Position numbers and translations under genes: made by a program
The notes under the pieces: generated by a model
What the model saw: the letters and a program-made list of their open reading frames with translations, nothing else
What the model was told of the DNA's origin: nothing
Databases searched by the model: none
Virus record (IMG/VR): IMGVR_UViG_3300048066_000291
Location: 1 to 64,000 of that record
Reading direction: 5' to 3' (one strand)
DNA: 64,000 nt
From: a virus
Shown here: piece by piece, positions 27,008 through 35,935 of the stretch
Layout: the number at the start of each line of letters is the position of its first letter
How positions within the stretch are numbered: position 1 is the first letter of the stretch

Positions 27008-27336
27008 TAGTATGCTCCATCTTTGATTTGCTTCATTTCCTCGCCGTATAATTTGTTCATAATTAACTGCTTATCTTCTGGCTTAAAAACGTTTTCAGGA
27101 GAACCTAATTTAAATTTTTTACAATAAGAGTTCATTCCCTCTGAACAAGTGCTTTCCAAACAACTACTTTCATTAGGTGTTTCACCTCGATCATACGAGT
27201 CTTTCATTTTCATAATTGCTGGAAATAAACTTTTACGATAGAACATAGGATCGTTACGCATGTAAATGCATACATCATCAACTACATCAAATGGTAATCG
27301 GTCATCCATAGGCTTTGCAAATTCATCAATACGCAT
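27007..27336 (-). CDS. hypothetical protein
   Basis: ATG at 27336 abuts the upstream stop. Confidence 0.65.
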   Translation of the reverse strand: MRIDEFAKPMDDRLPFDVVDDVCIYMRNDPMFYRKSLFPAIMKMKDSYDRGETPNESSCLESTCSEGMNSYCKKFKLGSPENVFKPEDKQLIMNKLYGEEMKQIKDGAY

Positions 27337-27337
27337 A

Positions 27338-27928
27338 TTACCACTTCCTACATGACCAGTAACGTGCCTTTGTGCGTGGTCCTGGATTATCACAGTTGTG
27401 TCTTGCTCTAAAGCTCTTACGTCTTTTGGGATTATTTTTCTTAATGCTCATTGCTTTGCCTTTAACACTTGAGCCACCGTGTCCAAAGTTTACTTTCTTT
27501 ACGTTACCTGTTTTAGGATCTTTTACATATACCTTAAACTTCTTAACGTCACCTTGCATAGGCTTGCCTAGTTTAACTTTGCGACCTTGATACTCTGCTT
27601 CGTCCATCGGATCATCATCTAAGTTGTAATGTAGCATACCATATGCTTCAAAAAACTCATCATCGTCATCATATGTTTCTTCATCAACATAAGATCCTTC
27701 TGATCCCATCTCAATATCAAAATCTTCGTAACCATTTTCAAACATAACATTTGCTAATCGATTAGCATATTCGTCTGCTTCTGATTCTGTTAATTCACGA
27801 GGCAATTCAAATTGAAATACAGTACAGTCTTGTGCTGTTTCATATATTTCCTGTGAAGGAAAGATGCTTTCATCTAATTTAGATGCACCTTCTACCTTAT
27901 CCATTACTACTCTTACAAAATACTCCAT
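27338..27928 (-). CDS. acidic N-domain plus basic C-terminal module protein
   Basis: C-terminal module YQGRKV...KVNFG...RRKSFRARHNC...YWSC. Confidence 0.7.
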   Translation of the reverse strand: MEYFVRVVMDKVEGASKLDESIFPSQEIYETAQDCTVFQFELPRELTESEADEYANRLANVMFENGYEDFDIEMGSEGSYVDEETYDDDDEFFEAYGMLHYNLDDDPMDEAEYQGRKVKLGKPMQGDVKKFKVYVKDPKTGNVKKVNFGHGGSSVKGKAMSIKKNNPKRRKSFRARHNCDNPGPRTKARYWSCRKW

Positions 27929-27937
27929 TTTAAATCC

Positions 27938-28306
27938 TCAATGATTAAGTTGTATTGAATTTACTGTACCGTCTGACCAGCTACTTATAACAACTCTTAC
28001 CCATACATAGTTCCCTGTAAAGTTCTTTATGTGCGAGCCAGTTGCTATTGCACTGTCGTTTGCAAATCCAATAGTTTCATGTTCTGTTGCGTCAAGTGTA
28101 AACCAATCAGCATCTACAGGATTAGTTGCAAGAGTTGCTTGCATTTTAATCTTACCCTGAAACCCAGTTATGTTGTACTGTACGGTATGAAATCCGTCAC
28201 TACGACCATAATAGCCGTCACCTTTAAACTTCTCTCCAGTTACAGATTCAATTGTACTGTCCCCTGGATGAGTTTGTGCTGTTAATATTGTTTCACTCTG
28301 TGCCAT
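27938..28306 (-). CDS. beta-rich hypothetical (likely virion) protein
   Basis: 122 aa; late promoter 5 nt upstream of the ATG. Confidence 0.7.
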   Translation of the reverse strand: MAQSETILTAQTHPGDSTIESVTGEKFKGDGYYGRSDGFHTVQYNITGFQGKIKMQATLATNPVDADWFTLDATEHETIGFANDSAIATGSHIKNFTGNYVWVRVVISSWSDGTVNSIQLNH

Positions 28307-28310
28307 ATAA

Positions 28311-29021
28311 CTATTTATCTATATTGCTATTGTAAACTAATTTGTCGATTCGACGTATAGAAGAACCAGCCAGCATATACACAAGTTGCATTACACGTTC
28401 ATCTCTAATATACATATAATAGCCATTTAGATGTCCGTCATTTACTAAATAGTCTAATGCTTTATCGCCTATACGTGCTTTGTCTTTATTAGCTTCTATC
28501 CAATCCACAAAGCCACTAGGAACTCTATTAGTATTGAACCATACTTTTAATGGAAACTGTGGAGCAGTGTCAACAATTACAATATTTTCTTCTTTCTTTA
28601 GCAACTCAATTTCTTCTGAACGCGGCTCCCAAAATTCTTCAGCACTAACACGCATTTTGTTTATTATCTTTACTAATAAACTGCGATCGTTGGTGTAAAG
28701 AATAAGAGTCATGTAAGGAGAAACTCTTATTTTATAGTTATTTGCAAGTTTTAAACATGAATATACATCTTTAGCATCTAGATAATCGTCAATATCTAAT
28801 TGTATTTCTGTTCTAAATGCTTTACGAGTAAGAGGAATATTATTTCTATATTTTTCTGTTAGAATATCCAGTTGTTCTCTAACATGTGATAGCTTACCAT
28901 TCTTTTGTAATTCACTCCTAAACATAGTACAAAGAGGATTGTGGAGTACTAGTTTATACAAGTACTCCCCATAGTGCAGTTTGCGAGTGTCATGCAGTTT
29001 CAGTTGTTTTTGTGGATTCAT
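28311..29021 (-). CDS. hypothetical protein
   Basis: 236 aa ORF. Confidence 0.7.
   Translation of the reverse strand: MNPQKQLKLHDTRKLHYGEYLYKLVLHNPLCTMFRSELQKNGKLSHVREQLDILTEKYRNNIPLTRKAFRTEIQLDIDDYLDAKDVYSCLKLANNYKIRVSPYMTLILYTNDRSLLVKIINKMRVSAEEFWEPRSEEIELLKKEENIVIVDTAPQFPLKVWFNTNRVPSGFVDWIEANKDKARIGDKALDYLVNDGHLNGYYMYIRDERVMQLVYMLAGSSIRRIDKLVYNSNIDK
28312..28319 (-). promoter_or_regulatory. late promoter GATAAATA, leaderless spacing
   Basis: GATAAATA-GTTAT-ATG; encoded by the D-K-stop codons of the upstream gene. Confidence 0.7.
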
Positions 29022-31239
29022 TTAACACTTCTAACTTTAAACTATTATCAACAAAGTTAATATTTATAGTGCCACCATTCTTCAAATCACCAAATAGTAT
29101 TTGTCTAGACAATGGACGTTTAATTTCTTTGTCAATCACACGCTGTAATGGACGAGCTCCGTTTTTAGGATCAAATCCTTTCTCTACCAAGTAATCAAGT
29201 GCTTCGTCAGTAACAGTAATATCGATATTTTTATCAATAACCATATTTTTAAGTTCAAGCAAGAACTTACCAACGATTTTCATCATTACTTCTTTACCTA
29301 ATTTAGCAAACGTAATCACACCGTCAAGTCTATTTCTAAACTCTGGCGCAAAGAAACGTTTAAATTCAGTATCTTCGTATGTAAATTCTTCTTCTTCACC
29401 AAAGCCAATAGCATTTTTCTCTGCTTGTTTAGCACCTAAGTTAGTTGTAAGAATTAGTGTACAGTTACGTGCATCAGCTTCTTTACCGTTACTACCAGTA
29501 ACCATGCCATTGTCCATTAACTGTAACAAAATTTGTGAAACATCAGGATGTGCCTTTTCAATTTCATCTAAAAGCAATACACAATTAGGATTTTCTTGCA
29601 ATCGAGTAATTAACTGTCCTGCATTATCTTCATGACCAACATATCCTGGAGGAGAACCAATCAACTTGGCAACACTATGCTTCTCCATGTATTCACTCAT
29701 ATCAAAACGTACAAGTTTAACACCTAGATTAGATGCAAGTGCTTTTGCAGTTTCAGTTTTACCTGTGCCTGTTGGGCCCATAAACACAAATGCACCTACT
29801 GGTTTATCATCTGGCTTTAGTCCTGCTTGACTAACAAGAATTTTATCTACAATACTTTCAAGTGCTTCGTCCTGACCATATACAACTTTCTTTAGATTGT
29901 CTTCAAGGTGCATAAGATTTTCACTTTCTTTCTCGGCAACTTGTTCTGCAGGCATATTAATGATATTAGCAAGCTCATATTGTATATTTGCTTCAGCAAC
30001 AATTTTTTCACCTTCGTGATTATCGTTCAATTTGAATCTAGAACAAGCAATATCAATTAAGTCAATTGCCTTATCTGGCAACTTCTTATCTGATTGATAC
30101 TTTACACTTAGTTTAACGGCAGCATCAATTGCTTCCTCGCTAATAGTTGTACCATGATATTCTTCATAATACTTTTTAAGACCATTCAAGATATCTTTAG
30201 TTACTTCAGGTGTTGGCTCGTCAATAGTAACACGCTGGAATCGACGCATTAATGCACGATCCTTTTCAAAGTACTTGCGATATTCTTCCCAAGTAGTGGA
30301 TGCAACAACTTTCAAGTCACCTTTAGTAAGTGCAGGCTTTAACATATTTGCTAAGTCATTTGAATTGCCTTGTCCGCCAGCACCGGCACCATTCATCATG
30401 TGTGCTTCGTCGATGAACATAATAGTTTTTCCTTGCTTTGTAAGAGCCTGTAGAACTAATTTAAAGCGTTCTTCAAAGTCTCCACGATATTTACTACCAG
30501 CAAGCATAGCACCAATGTCTAAGTTATATACTTTATATTCTTTTAAGAAGTTAGGTACATCATCTTGTTCAATTTTAAATGCAAGTCCTTCAGCAATAGC
30601 AGTTTTACCAACACCTGGATCACCTACCATAAGTACATTGTTCTTTGCTCGACGTCCTAATGCTAATGCTAGTTTTTCTAGTTCATCTGAACGTCCAATA
30701 ATAGGATCAACTTTGCCACGCTTTACTTGATCGTTTAGATTAGTAGTAAATGCACGTAATGCTCTACGTGCTTCGCTTGAAATCTCTTCACTTTCAGTTT
30801 CTAGCTCAACTTCGTTGTCAATAAACGATGCAAACTTAGCTTTCTCTACTCCGCCTTTTTCTAAGAAATAAACAGCAATACTTTTCTTTTCAGATAGTAC
30901 AGCAAGTAACACGTCAGCAAGTTCAATGTGACTACGTCCGGCAAATAAAACTTGTGTAAATGCTCTGTTCAATACACGTTCTACTGTAGAAGTCTTCTTT
31001 GGCTTAAACTTATCAGCGTCAGTCTTGATATCATCACAATTAGTTTTAAGATGATGTTCAAGGTTAGCTTTTACATAATCAACATCGGCACCGTACATAT
31101 TCATTACATTTGTAAAGTTTTCTTCACAGAACATTGCATATAACAGATGTTCTAATGTTACATATTCGTGCTTTAATTTTTGTGCGTCTTTAATACTCTT
31201 ATCAAATACAAGTTTTAATTCGCTACTTGGCTCGACCAT
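28990..31239 (-). CDS. clpA: ATP-dependent Clp protease ATPase subunit ClpA
   Basis: Clp N-domain, two AAA modules (GDPGVGKT, GPTGTGKT), KYRGDFEER, PPGYVG, IGF loop; no M domain. Confidence 0.92.
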   Translation of the reverse strand: MVEPSSELKLVFDKSIKDAQKLKHEYVTLEHLLYAMFCEENFTNVMNMYGADVDYVKANLEHHLKTNCDDIKTDADKFKPKKTSTVERVLNRAFTQVLFAGRSHIELADVLLAVLSEKKSIAVYFLEKGGVEKAKFASFIDNEVELETESEEISSEARRALRAFTTNLNDQVKRGKVDPIIGRSDELEKLALALGRRAKNNVLMVGDPGVGKTAIAEGLAFKIEQDDVPNFLKEYKVYNLDIGAMLAGSKYRGDFEERFKLVLQALTKQGKTIMFIDEAHMMNGAGAGGQGNSNDLANMLKPALTKGDLKVVASTTWEEYRKYFEKDRALMRRFQRVTIDEPTPEVTKDILNGLKKYYEEYHGTTISEEAIDAAVKLSVKYQSDKKLPDKAIDLIDIACSRFKLNDNHEGEKIVAEANIQYELANIINMPAEQVAEKESENLMHLEDNLKKVVYGQDEALESIVDKILVSQAGLKPDDKPVGAFVFMGPTGTGKTETAKALASNLGVKLVRFDMSEYMEKHSVAKLIGSPPGYVGHEDNAGQLITRLQENPNCVLLLDEIEKAHPDVSQILLQLMDNGMVTGSNGKEADARNCTLILTTNLGAKQAEKNAIGFGEEEEFTYEDTEFKRFFAPEFRNRLDGVITFAKLGKEVMMKIVGKFLLELKNMVIDKNIDITVTDEALDYLVEKGFDPKNGARPLQRVIDKEIKRPLSRQILFGDLKNGGTININFVDNSLKLEVLNESTKTTETA

Positions 31240-31240
31240 A

Positions 31241-32080
31241 CTATAAATCCTTTAATTCGTTTTTCAGTTGTGTTACTTTTTGTATAAGACCTTCGTCTTT
31301 TATTATTGGAATGTGTGCATTAACTGTAATGTAAACATTTCCTCTTTTGCCTGTTTGTAGGTTCGGTACTCCGTAACCTGGTATATTAAACGTTTGACCT
31401 GGTTGTGTGCCTTTTGGTATTTTTAATTCTAACTCTTTTTTATCTAACGTTTTAACTATTATAGCACCTCCTGTTAAAAAGTCAAATACATTTGTGTCTA
31501 TTTTGGCAATTAAATTGTCACCATCTCTAGCCCACTGACGATGTTTGTTTATATGCATACGTACATTTAAGTCACCTCTTGGAAAACGTGGATCTCCATT
31601 ATCGCCTAACCCTTGATATTTTATAGTATCTCCATGTCTTGCACCAGGTGGTACGTCTACAGTAACAGTTTCTAAATTTCTATTTGACAATGTGTACTGT
31701 ATAATTAAATTTTTGCCTAATAATACTTCTTCTAGATCAATCTTTGCCTGTAATGTTATGTCTCTATTTCTTGGTGTCGGTCCTCGTCCGTGTTGCCCTG
31801 CAGGATTACGTCCAAATATGTCTTCAAATGGCGTTCCTGCAAATGGATTACGACCTTGTTGAAAATGTTGTGAATTAAATGAAAAATCTGGACCAGGATT
31901 ATCGTATTGTTGACGCTTTTGATTATCACGCAACGTTTGGTATGCTTCGTTTACCTTTTTAAATTCTTCCTCATTGCCTCCGCGGTCAGGATGATGTAGC
32001 ATACTTTTCTTTTTGTATGCTTTGCGTATATCTTGTTCGGATGCATTTTTAGGAATTCCTAAAATAGAATAATAGTCCAT
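31241..32080 (-). CDS. dnaJ: DnaJ/CbpA-like co-chaperone
   Basis: DYYSILG, HPD motif, C-terminal substrate-binding domain; no zinc finger. Confidence 0.9.
   Translation of the reverse strand: MDYYSILGIPKNASEQDIRKAYKKKSMLHHPDRGGNEEEFKKVNEAYQTLRDNQKRQQYDNPGPDFSFNSQHFQQGRNPFAGTPFEDIFGRNPAGQHGRGPTPRNRDITLQAKIDLEEVLLGKNLIIQYTLSNRNLETVTVDVPPGARHGDTIKYQGLGDNGDPRFPRGDLNVRMHINKHRQWARDGDNLIAKIDTNVFDFLTGGAIIVKTLDKKELELKIPKGTQPGQTFNIPGYGVPNLQTGKRGNVYITVNAHIPIIKDEGLIQKVTQLKNELKDL
31458..31485 (-). promoter_or_regulatory. possible internal sigma70 promoter upstream of clpA
   Basis: TTGACT-16nt-TATAAT with extended -10 TG, inside dnaJ. Confidence 0.45.
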
Positions 32081-32085
32081 ACACA

Positions 32086-32093
32086 TACTTATC
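32086..32093 (-). promoter_or_regulatory. late promoter variant GATAAGTA inside a hairpin loop
   Basis: GATAAGTA-5nt-ATG; flanked by a 10-bp perfect inverted repeat. Confidence 0.6.
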
Positions 32094-32123
32094 GCATGGA
32101 CTATTACATACAGTTAGTACTGG

Positions 32124-32456
32124 TTATTTTTTAGATGAAAATGCCTGTCCACCAAAGAACGCTGCTACAATTGCTGCAACGGATACAAAATATGTTGCTG
32201 CCATGTCACCTAGTATCTTTGATGCTTGTTCAAGTCCGATCATAACTGCTAATACAACAGCAAACGGATATAGTAGCATACCAAATAGTGCAAACCAAGC
32301 CATATTACGCTGTGCATCACGCATAGCATCTGCGTCTTCTAACTCTTTACGTTTGAACTCCATGTACATTGCATGTTCTTCATTAGATACTTTGCCATCG
32401 CCGTTTGTATCTGCTGGATGATGCCCTGATTTTTTAATCTCTTCTTCTGCCATCAC
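32124..32456 (-). CDS. EF-hand + 2-TM membrane protein (holin candidate)
   Basis: DTNGDGKVSNEE EF-hand loop; two hydrophobic helices; beside the lysis genes. Confidence 0.6.
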   Translation of the reverse strand: MMAEEEIKKSGHHPADTNGDGKVSNEEHAMYMEFKRKELEDADAMRDAQRNMAWFALFGMLLYPFAVVLAVMIGLEQASKILGDMAATYFVSVAAIVAAFFGGQAFSSKK

Positions 32457-32731
32457 TTTTTCCCCTCTAGCTTTTTAATGCGAGCCTCTAGCTCATCAAT
32501 CTTTTTTGTTACATATGGATACTTTTTACGCCACGCATCTACTGGTTGTTCAAACCATGTAAGGCCCCAACGTTCTACTAGCCAGTCTAAAAACATATCG
32601 AATTTAGCATAGCACCAAAGACCTGCTCGTGTGTTTCTAAAGTACGCTAAAAAAGCCGCACCCAAAAGTGCTCCAATAATACTTGTGTAGATCCACAGTG
32701 TGTCACTTAACATACTATCTATAAGTTGCAT
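32453..32731 (-). CDS. single-TM membrane protein
   Basis: N-terminal hydrophobic helix, C-terminal coiled coil. Confidence 0.65.
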   Translation of the reverse strand: MQLIDSMLSDTLWIYTSIIGALLGAAFLAYFRNTRAGLWCYAKFDMFLDWLVERWGLTWFEQPVDAWRKKYPYVTKKIDELEARIKKLEGKK

Positions 32732-32750
32732 GTGTATTCTCCTACAACTA

Positions 32751-32758
32751 TATTTATC
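32751..32758 (-). promoter_or_regulatory. late promoter GATAAATA
   Basis: Recurrent octamer, intergenic. Confidence 0.7.
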
Positions 32759-32763
32759 GTAAT

Positions 32764-33243
32764 TTAGTCGTTAAATGGGTTCAGTCTATCTACTAATGAA
32801 GTATTGCCCTGTGCCGCTTCTGCTGCATCTTTTGCTTCTTCTTGTTGTCTTGATATTTCTGCATTATCTAATGCAGTATTTGCAGCTTTGTAATAATTTT
32901 CATATGCTAGTATAATAGCTTGCTGTTGTTGTACTAATGCACGTACATCACTAAAGTTTAAACCTAAATTTTCATAACCTTTTGCAGTAAGAGCAAAGAT
33001 TGCTAATGGCTTACCACCGGATGTCCACTTAGCAAGTTCCTCTTCCATGTTATCTTCGGTAAGGATAATCCACTCAATTTTACGCATGTTGACAGTATCA
33101 ACACTTGGAAGAATTAGCTCAGGCTTAGTAACAGGTTTGCTTGATACTTCAATCCTCTGTGGCGCTGTTGAGCATGCCGCGAGACTTATAAGTATCATAA
33201 AGCCAAGGACATTCGTTATTAAAACTTTTATCCGTCTTTGCAT
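32764..33243 (-). CDS. outer-membrane lipoprotein spanin (o-spanin, Rz1-like)
   Basis: Basic N-region, hydrophobic core, lipobox LAAC; overlaps the 3' end of the i-spanin gene. Confidence 0.7.
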   Translation of the reverse strand: MQRRIKVLITNVLGFMILISLAACSTAPQRIEVSSKPVTKPELILPSVDTVNMRKIEWIILTEDNMEEELAKWTSGGKPLAIFALTAKGYENLGLNFSDVRALVQQQQAIILAYENYYKAANTALDNAEISRQQEEAKDAAEAAQGNTSLVDRLNPFND

Positions 33244-33625
33244 TTTTCTCTTTCTCCGTTAAAGGTGATCCTGATAGTAATTCAAAACATCTACCTGCAT
33301 TTTTAGAACCACCATTGATTAATCTTTGCACTGACCTTGGTCTAGCAGCAGCAGTTAATTCTAAATCGTGTTCTTGCAACTTAGATGCAAGCTGATTATT
33401 TTGTTCTCTTGTAGCAGCAAATTCTGCATTAGTTTTTTTAAGTTCTTCATTGGCGGCAGCAAAATCCGCCGCCATTGTTTTTATAGTTTCTTCATTAGTT
33501 GCAACTGCTAAGTTTAATTTTGCATTATTTGCAGTTAATACGGCGATAGTGTTTTGGGTATCAGTATAATACCAATAACCTATTCCGCTCATCATTATAA
33601 TGATTCCTATCATAATTTTTGCCAT
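33149..33625 (-). CDS. inner-membrane spanin (i-spanin, Rz-like)
   Basis: N-terminal TM helix, long coiled coil, C-terminal cysteines; follows the endolysin. Confidence 0.7.
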   Translation of the reverse strand: MAKIMIGIIIMMSGIGYWYYTDTQNTIAVLTANNAKLNLAVATNEETIKTMAADFAAANEELKKTNAEFAATREQNNQLASKLQEHDLELTAAARPRSVQRLINGGSKNAGRCFELLSGSPLTEKEKNAKTDKSFNNECPWLYDTYKSRGMLNSATED

Positions 33626-33654
33626 ATATTTCTCCGAGCAATTGCTCTGTTATT

Positions 33655-34509
33655 TTATCCCAATAATTTACCTAATGTAGCAGGACCTGCAACACCATCA
33701 GCATCCAAGCCGTTTTCAGCTTGCCATTCTTTAAGTTTTGCTTCTGTTCCTGCACCAAAAATACCATCAGCGCCAACGCCTAATGCTTCTTGCATCATTT
33801 TTACGCCGTCGCCTCTTGCACCTTTTCTTAGTACACCAATATCGTCTAAATCAAAACTATCGTCTTCATCGTCACCGTGGTGTGTTTCTACATCTTCACC
33901 TAGTGCTTCTAAACACATTTCCCAATGATGAATACGATCCTCAAGGCCAATATAGCCGCCGTTGATACGCTTAGTAAGAGTTTTAATATCCCCACTATCT
34001 GCGTAACGATTTAATTTGTTTGAATTCCAATACCAAATAGCACTCATTAGTGCTACTTCTTTATCTTCACTTACCATGTCTGGATTATTAACTGCGTCTA
34101 CGTCCATATCATCGGAAAATTTTGCGTAGTTGTGCTTACCAGTTAGTTGGATAGGACCACGGCCGCGATAACGCCACCCATCACCAGATGCTGTATCACC
34201 ATTATCCATGCGATTAGCATACACCACATTTGCAATTTTTTCTGGCTGTCTTGCATAATCTTCAGCATCACGTCCTGCTCTCTTAAAATATTTGCCAAAA
34301 ACCGCATCAAGTGCCTTTGCACTATAATTTAGGTTCTCGCTAAATGTTCTCCAACCCCCAGATTCATGTCCGCATTGTGCTAAAAACGCTGCAACCCGGC
34401 GATTGGTATTAATTTCATACTTCGGAAATACTTCGTTCATTGCATCAACCCAACCATCGGGGTCGCTACACCTCGGAAATAAATCCGCAAATTGTCCTGC
34501 TGTTAACAT
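33655..34509 (-). CDS. endolysin: GH19 catalytic domain + C-terminal peptidoglycan-binding domain
   Basis: AAFLAQCGHES, YRGRGPIQLTG, INGG; PG-binding repeat ADG.FG..T / DGVAGPAT. Confidence 0.9.
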   Translation of the reverse strand: MLTAGQFADLFPRCSDPDGWVDAMNEVFPKYEINTNRRVAAFLAQCGHESGGWRTFSENLNYSAKALDAVFGKYFKRAGRDAEDYARQPEKIANVVYANRMDNGDTASGDGWRYRGRGPIQLTGKHNYAKFSDDMDVDAVNNPDMVSEDKEVALMSAIWYWNSNKLNRYADSGDIKTLTKRINGGYIGLEDRIHHWEMCLEALGEDVETHHGDDEDDSFDLDDIGVLRKGARGDGVKMMQEALGVGADGIFGAGTEAKLKEWQAENGLDADGVAGPATLGKLLG

Positions 34510-34519
34510 TCTATATCCT

Positions 34520-35254
34520 TTACAACATTATTCGTTCGAGTACTAATGTTTCACCATCGTTATCAAAAGTTAATTTAGTACCGTACTTGGTGATATTATA
34601 GTCACCTAAGTACTTAGTTAAAAATATAATTTCTGAGAAGTCATTTGGGTTGAAACTTTCTTCGATATTGTTGATCGTTTTTTCAGTTGGTCCAAAGTCT
34701 ATAAATTGAAATGCTACAGGATCAGCATAAGTCTTCTTTAATGTAATCATGTTACTCCACATGTTTACATTTTCTAACATACTTTTATTAAAAAAGTTTG
34801 TATAGTTATTTTTTGATTCAGTCATATCTGTTAATATATCTGAATCAACACCGTACAGTTCCGGATCATTTGGCACTGCTCTATTTAATTCTTCTACAGT
34901 TAACGGCATACTGCGGAATTGTTTATGGTAACGGAATCTAAAATCTTTTTCACCTGTAAGATTTACTACTCCGTTAGCAAGTTCCATAATGTTTTCACTA
35001 ACTGTCGAGTCTCTTTCTAGTTCTACAAATACTTTGTATGTTCCGTCTGACTGTTCTCCAGCTGTAACATCGGCATCTAATACGTATTCATAACCTCTTT
35101 CAATAAATCCTGCTAAATCTTTTGCACTTTCTTTTGTTGTTGTGCTAAATGATAAGGTTACAATATCACGATCCTCGCCCATTTTACTTGCATACGAGTC
35201 TATTTCAATGATGTGATCAACTGTGTCAATTAAGTCTTCTTTTTGTAATCCCAT
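34520..35254 (-). CDS. conserved phage hypothetical protein
   Basis: 244 aa ORF. Confidence 0.75.
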   Translation of the reverse strand: MGLQKEDLIDTVDHIIEIDSYASKMGEDRDIVTLSFSTTTKESAKDLAGFIERGYEYVLDADVTAGEQSDGTYKVFVELERDSTVSENIMELANGVVNLTGEKDFRFRYHKQFRSMPLTVEELNRAVPNDPELYGVDSDILTDMTESKNNYTNFFNKSMLENVNMWSNMITLKKTYADPVAFQFIDFGPTEKTINNIEESFNPNDFSEIIFLTKYLGDYNITKYGTKLTFDNDGETLVLERIML

Positions 35255-35781
35255 TATGCTTGCTCCAGCTCTGTTTCTGCTGCTGAACCTGCATCTGCTG
35301 CTGCATCTACTGGAGATGCTTCTGGTGACGGCTCAGGAGTTTGTGTTGGATCAATGTATGCTGATTCAATGTATCCTGAATAAATGTCTGCTATTAGTTT
35401 TTTAGGCATTTTAATTTCAACTACCCAAATAGGACGTCTATCCAATTTGCCCTTTTTAGTACCAGGACGAATGTCGTCTTGTTTTTCAATTTTACGTGGT
35501 TCTACAATATATGTTTTAGTATAGTTAACTTTGCAGTCATAGTCAAGTAAACGTTTGCCACCCATTGGGTCTGGCATTTTATCTTTGTCCCAGAAAAAAC
35601 TACATGTTACCCAATGTCTATCTATATTAGGTCCTTCACAGACTTCGCCATCTGCCCAATTTTTATAGACATAGATATCTAATTCGTCTAATACTCTTTC
35701 AAAGTCTTTAAGTACATTGAAGGCAGTATTTGAATCGTATATAGATTCTATGTTTTTAATAATATCTAAGACATCTTTCAT
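35254..35781 (-). CDS. conserved phage hypothetical protein
   Basis: The ATG at 35781, downstream of a late promoter, is preferred over the track start. Confidence 0.7.
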   Translation of the reverse strand: MKDVLDIIKNIESIYDSNTAFNVLKDFERVLDELDIYVYKNWADGEVCEGPNIDRHWVTCSFFWDKDKMPDPMGGKRLLDYDCKVNYTKTYIVEPRKIEKQDDIRPGTKKGKLDRRPIWVVEIKMPKKLIADIYSGYIESAYIDPTQTPEPSPEASPVDAAADAGSAAETELEQA

Positions 35782-35807
35782 ATTAGTAATCCATTCTTTG
35801 CTATACT

Positions 35808-35815
35808 TATTTATC
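35808..35815 (-). promoter_or_regulatory. late promoter GATAAATA
   Basis: Recurrent octamer. Confidence 0.7.
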
Positions 35816-35858
35816 GGAGTTAGATCGTTAAGTACATTTATTTTTGGCTGCAAATTGC

Positions 35859-35866
35859 GATAAATA
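35859..35866 (+). promoter_or_regulatory. late promoter GATAAATA driving phoH
   Basis: Same octamer, here on the plus strand upstream of the only plus-strand gene. Confidence 0.7.
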
Positions 35867-35935
35867 TCTTTGTAAGGGAGAATTTGCCTTGCAGATTACG
35901 TCCTTACAAACTATCAACCCAAAGGAGGACACTTA

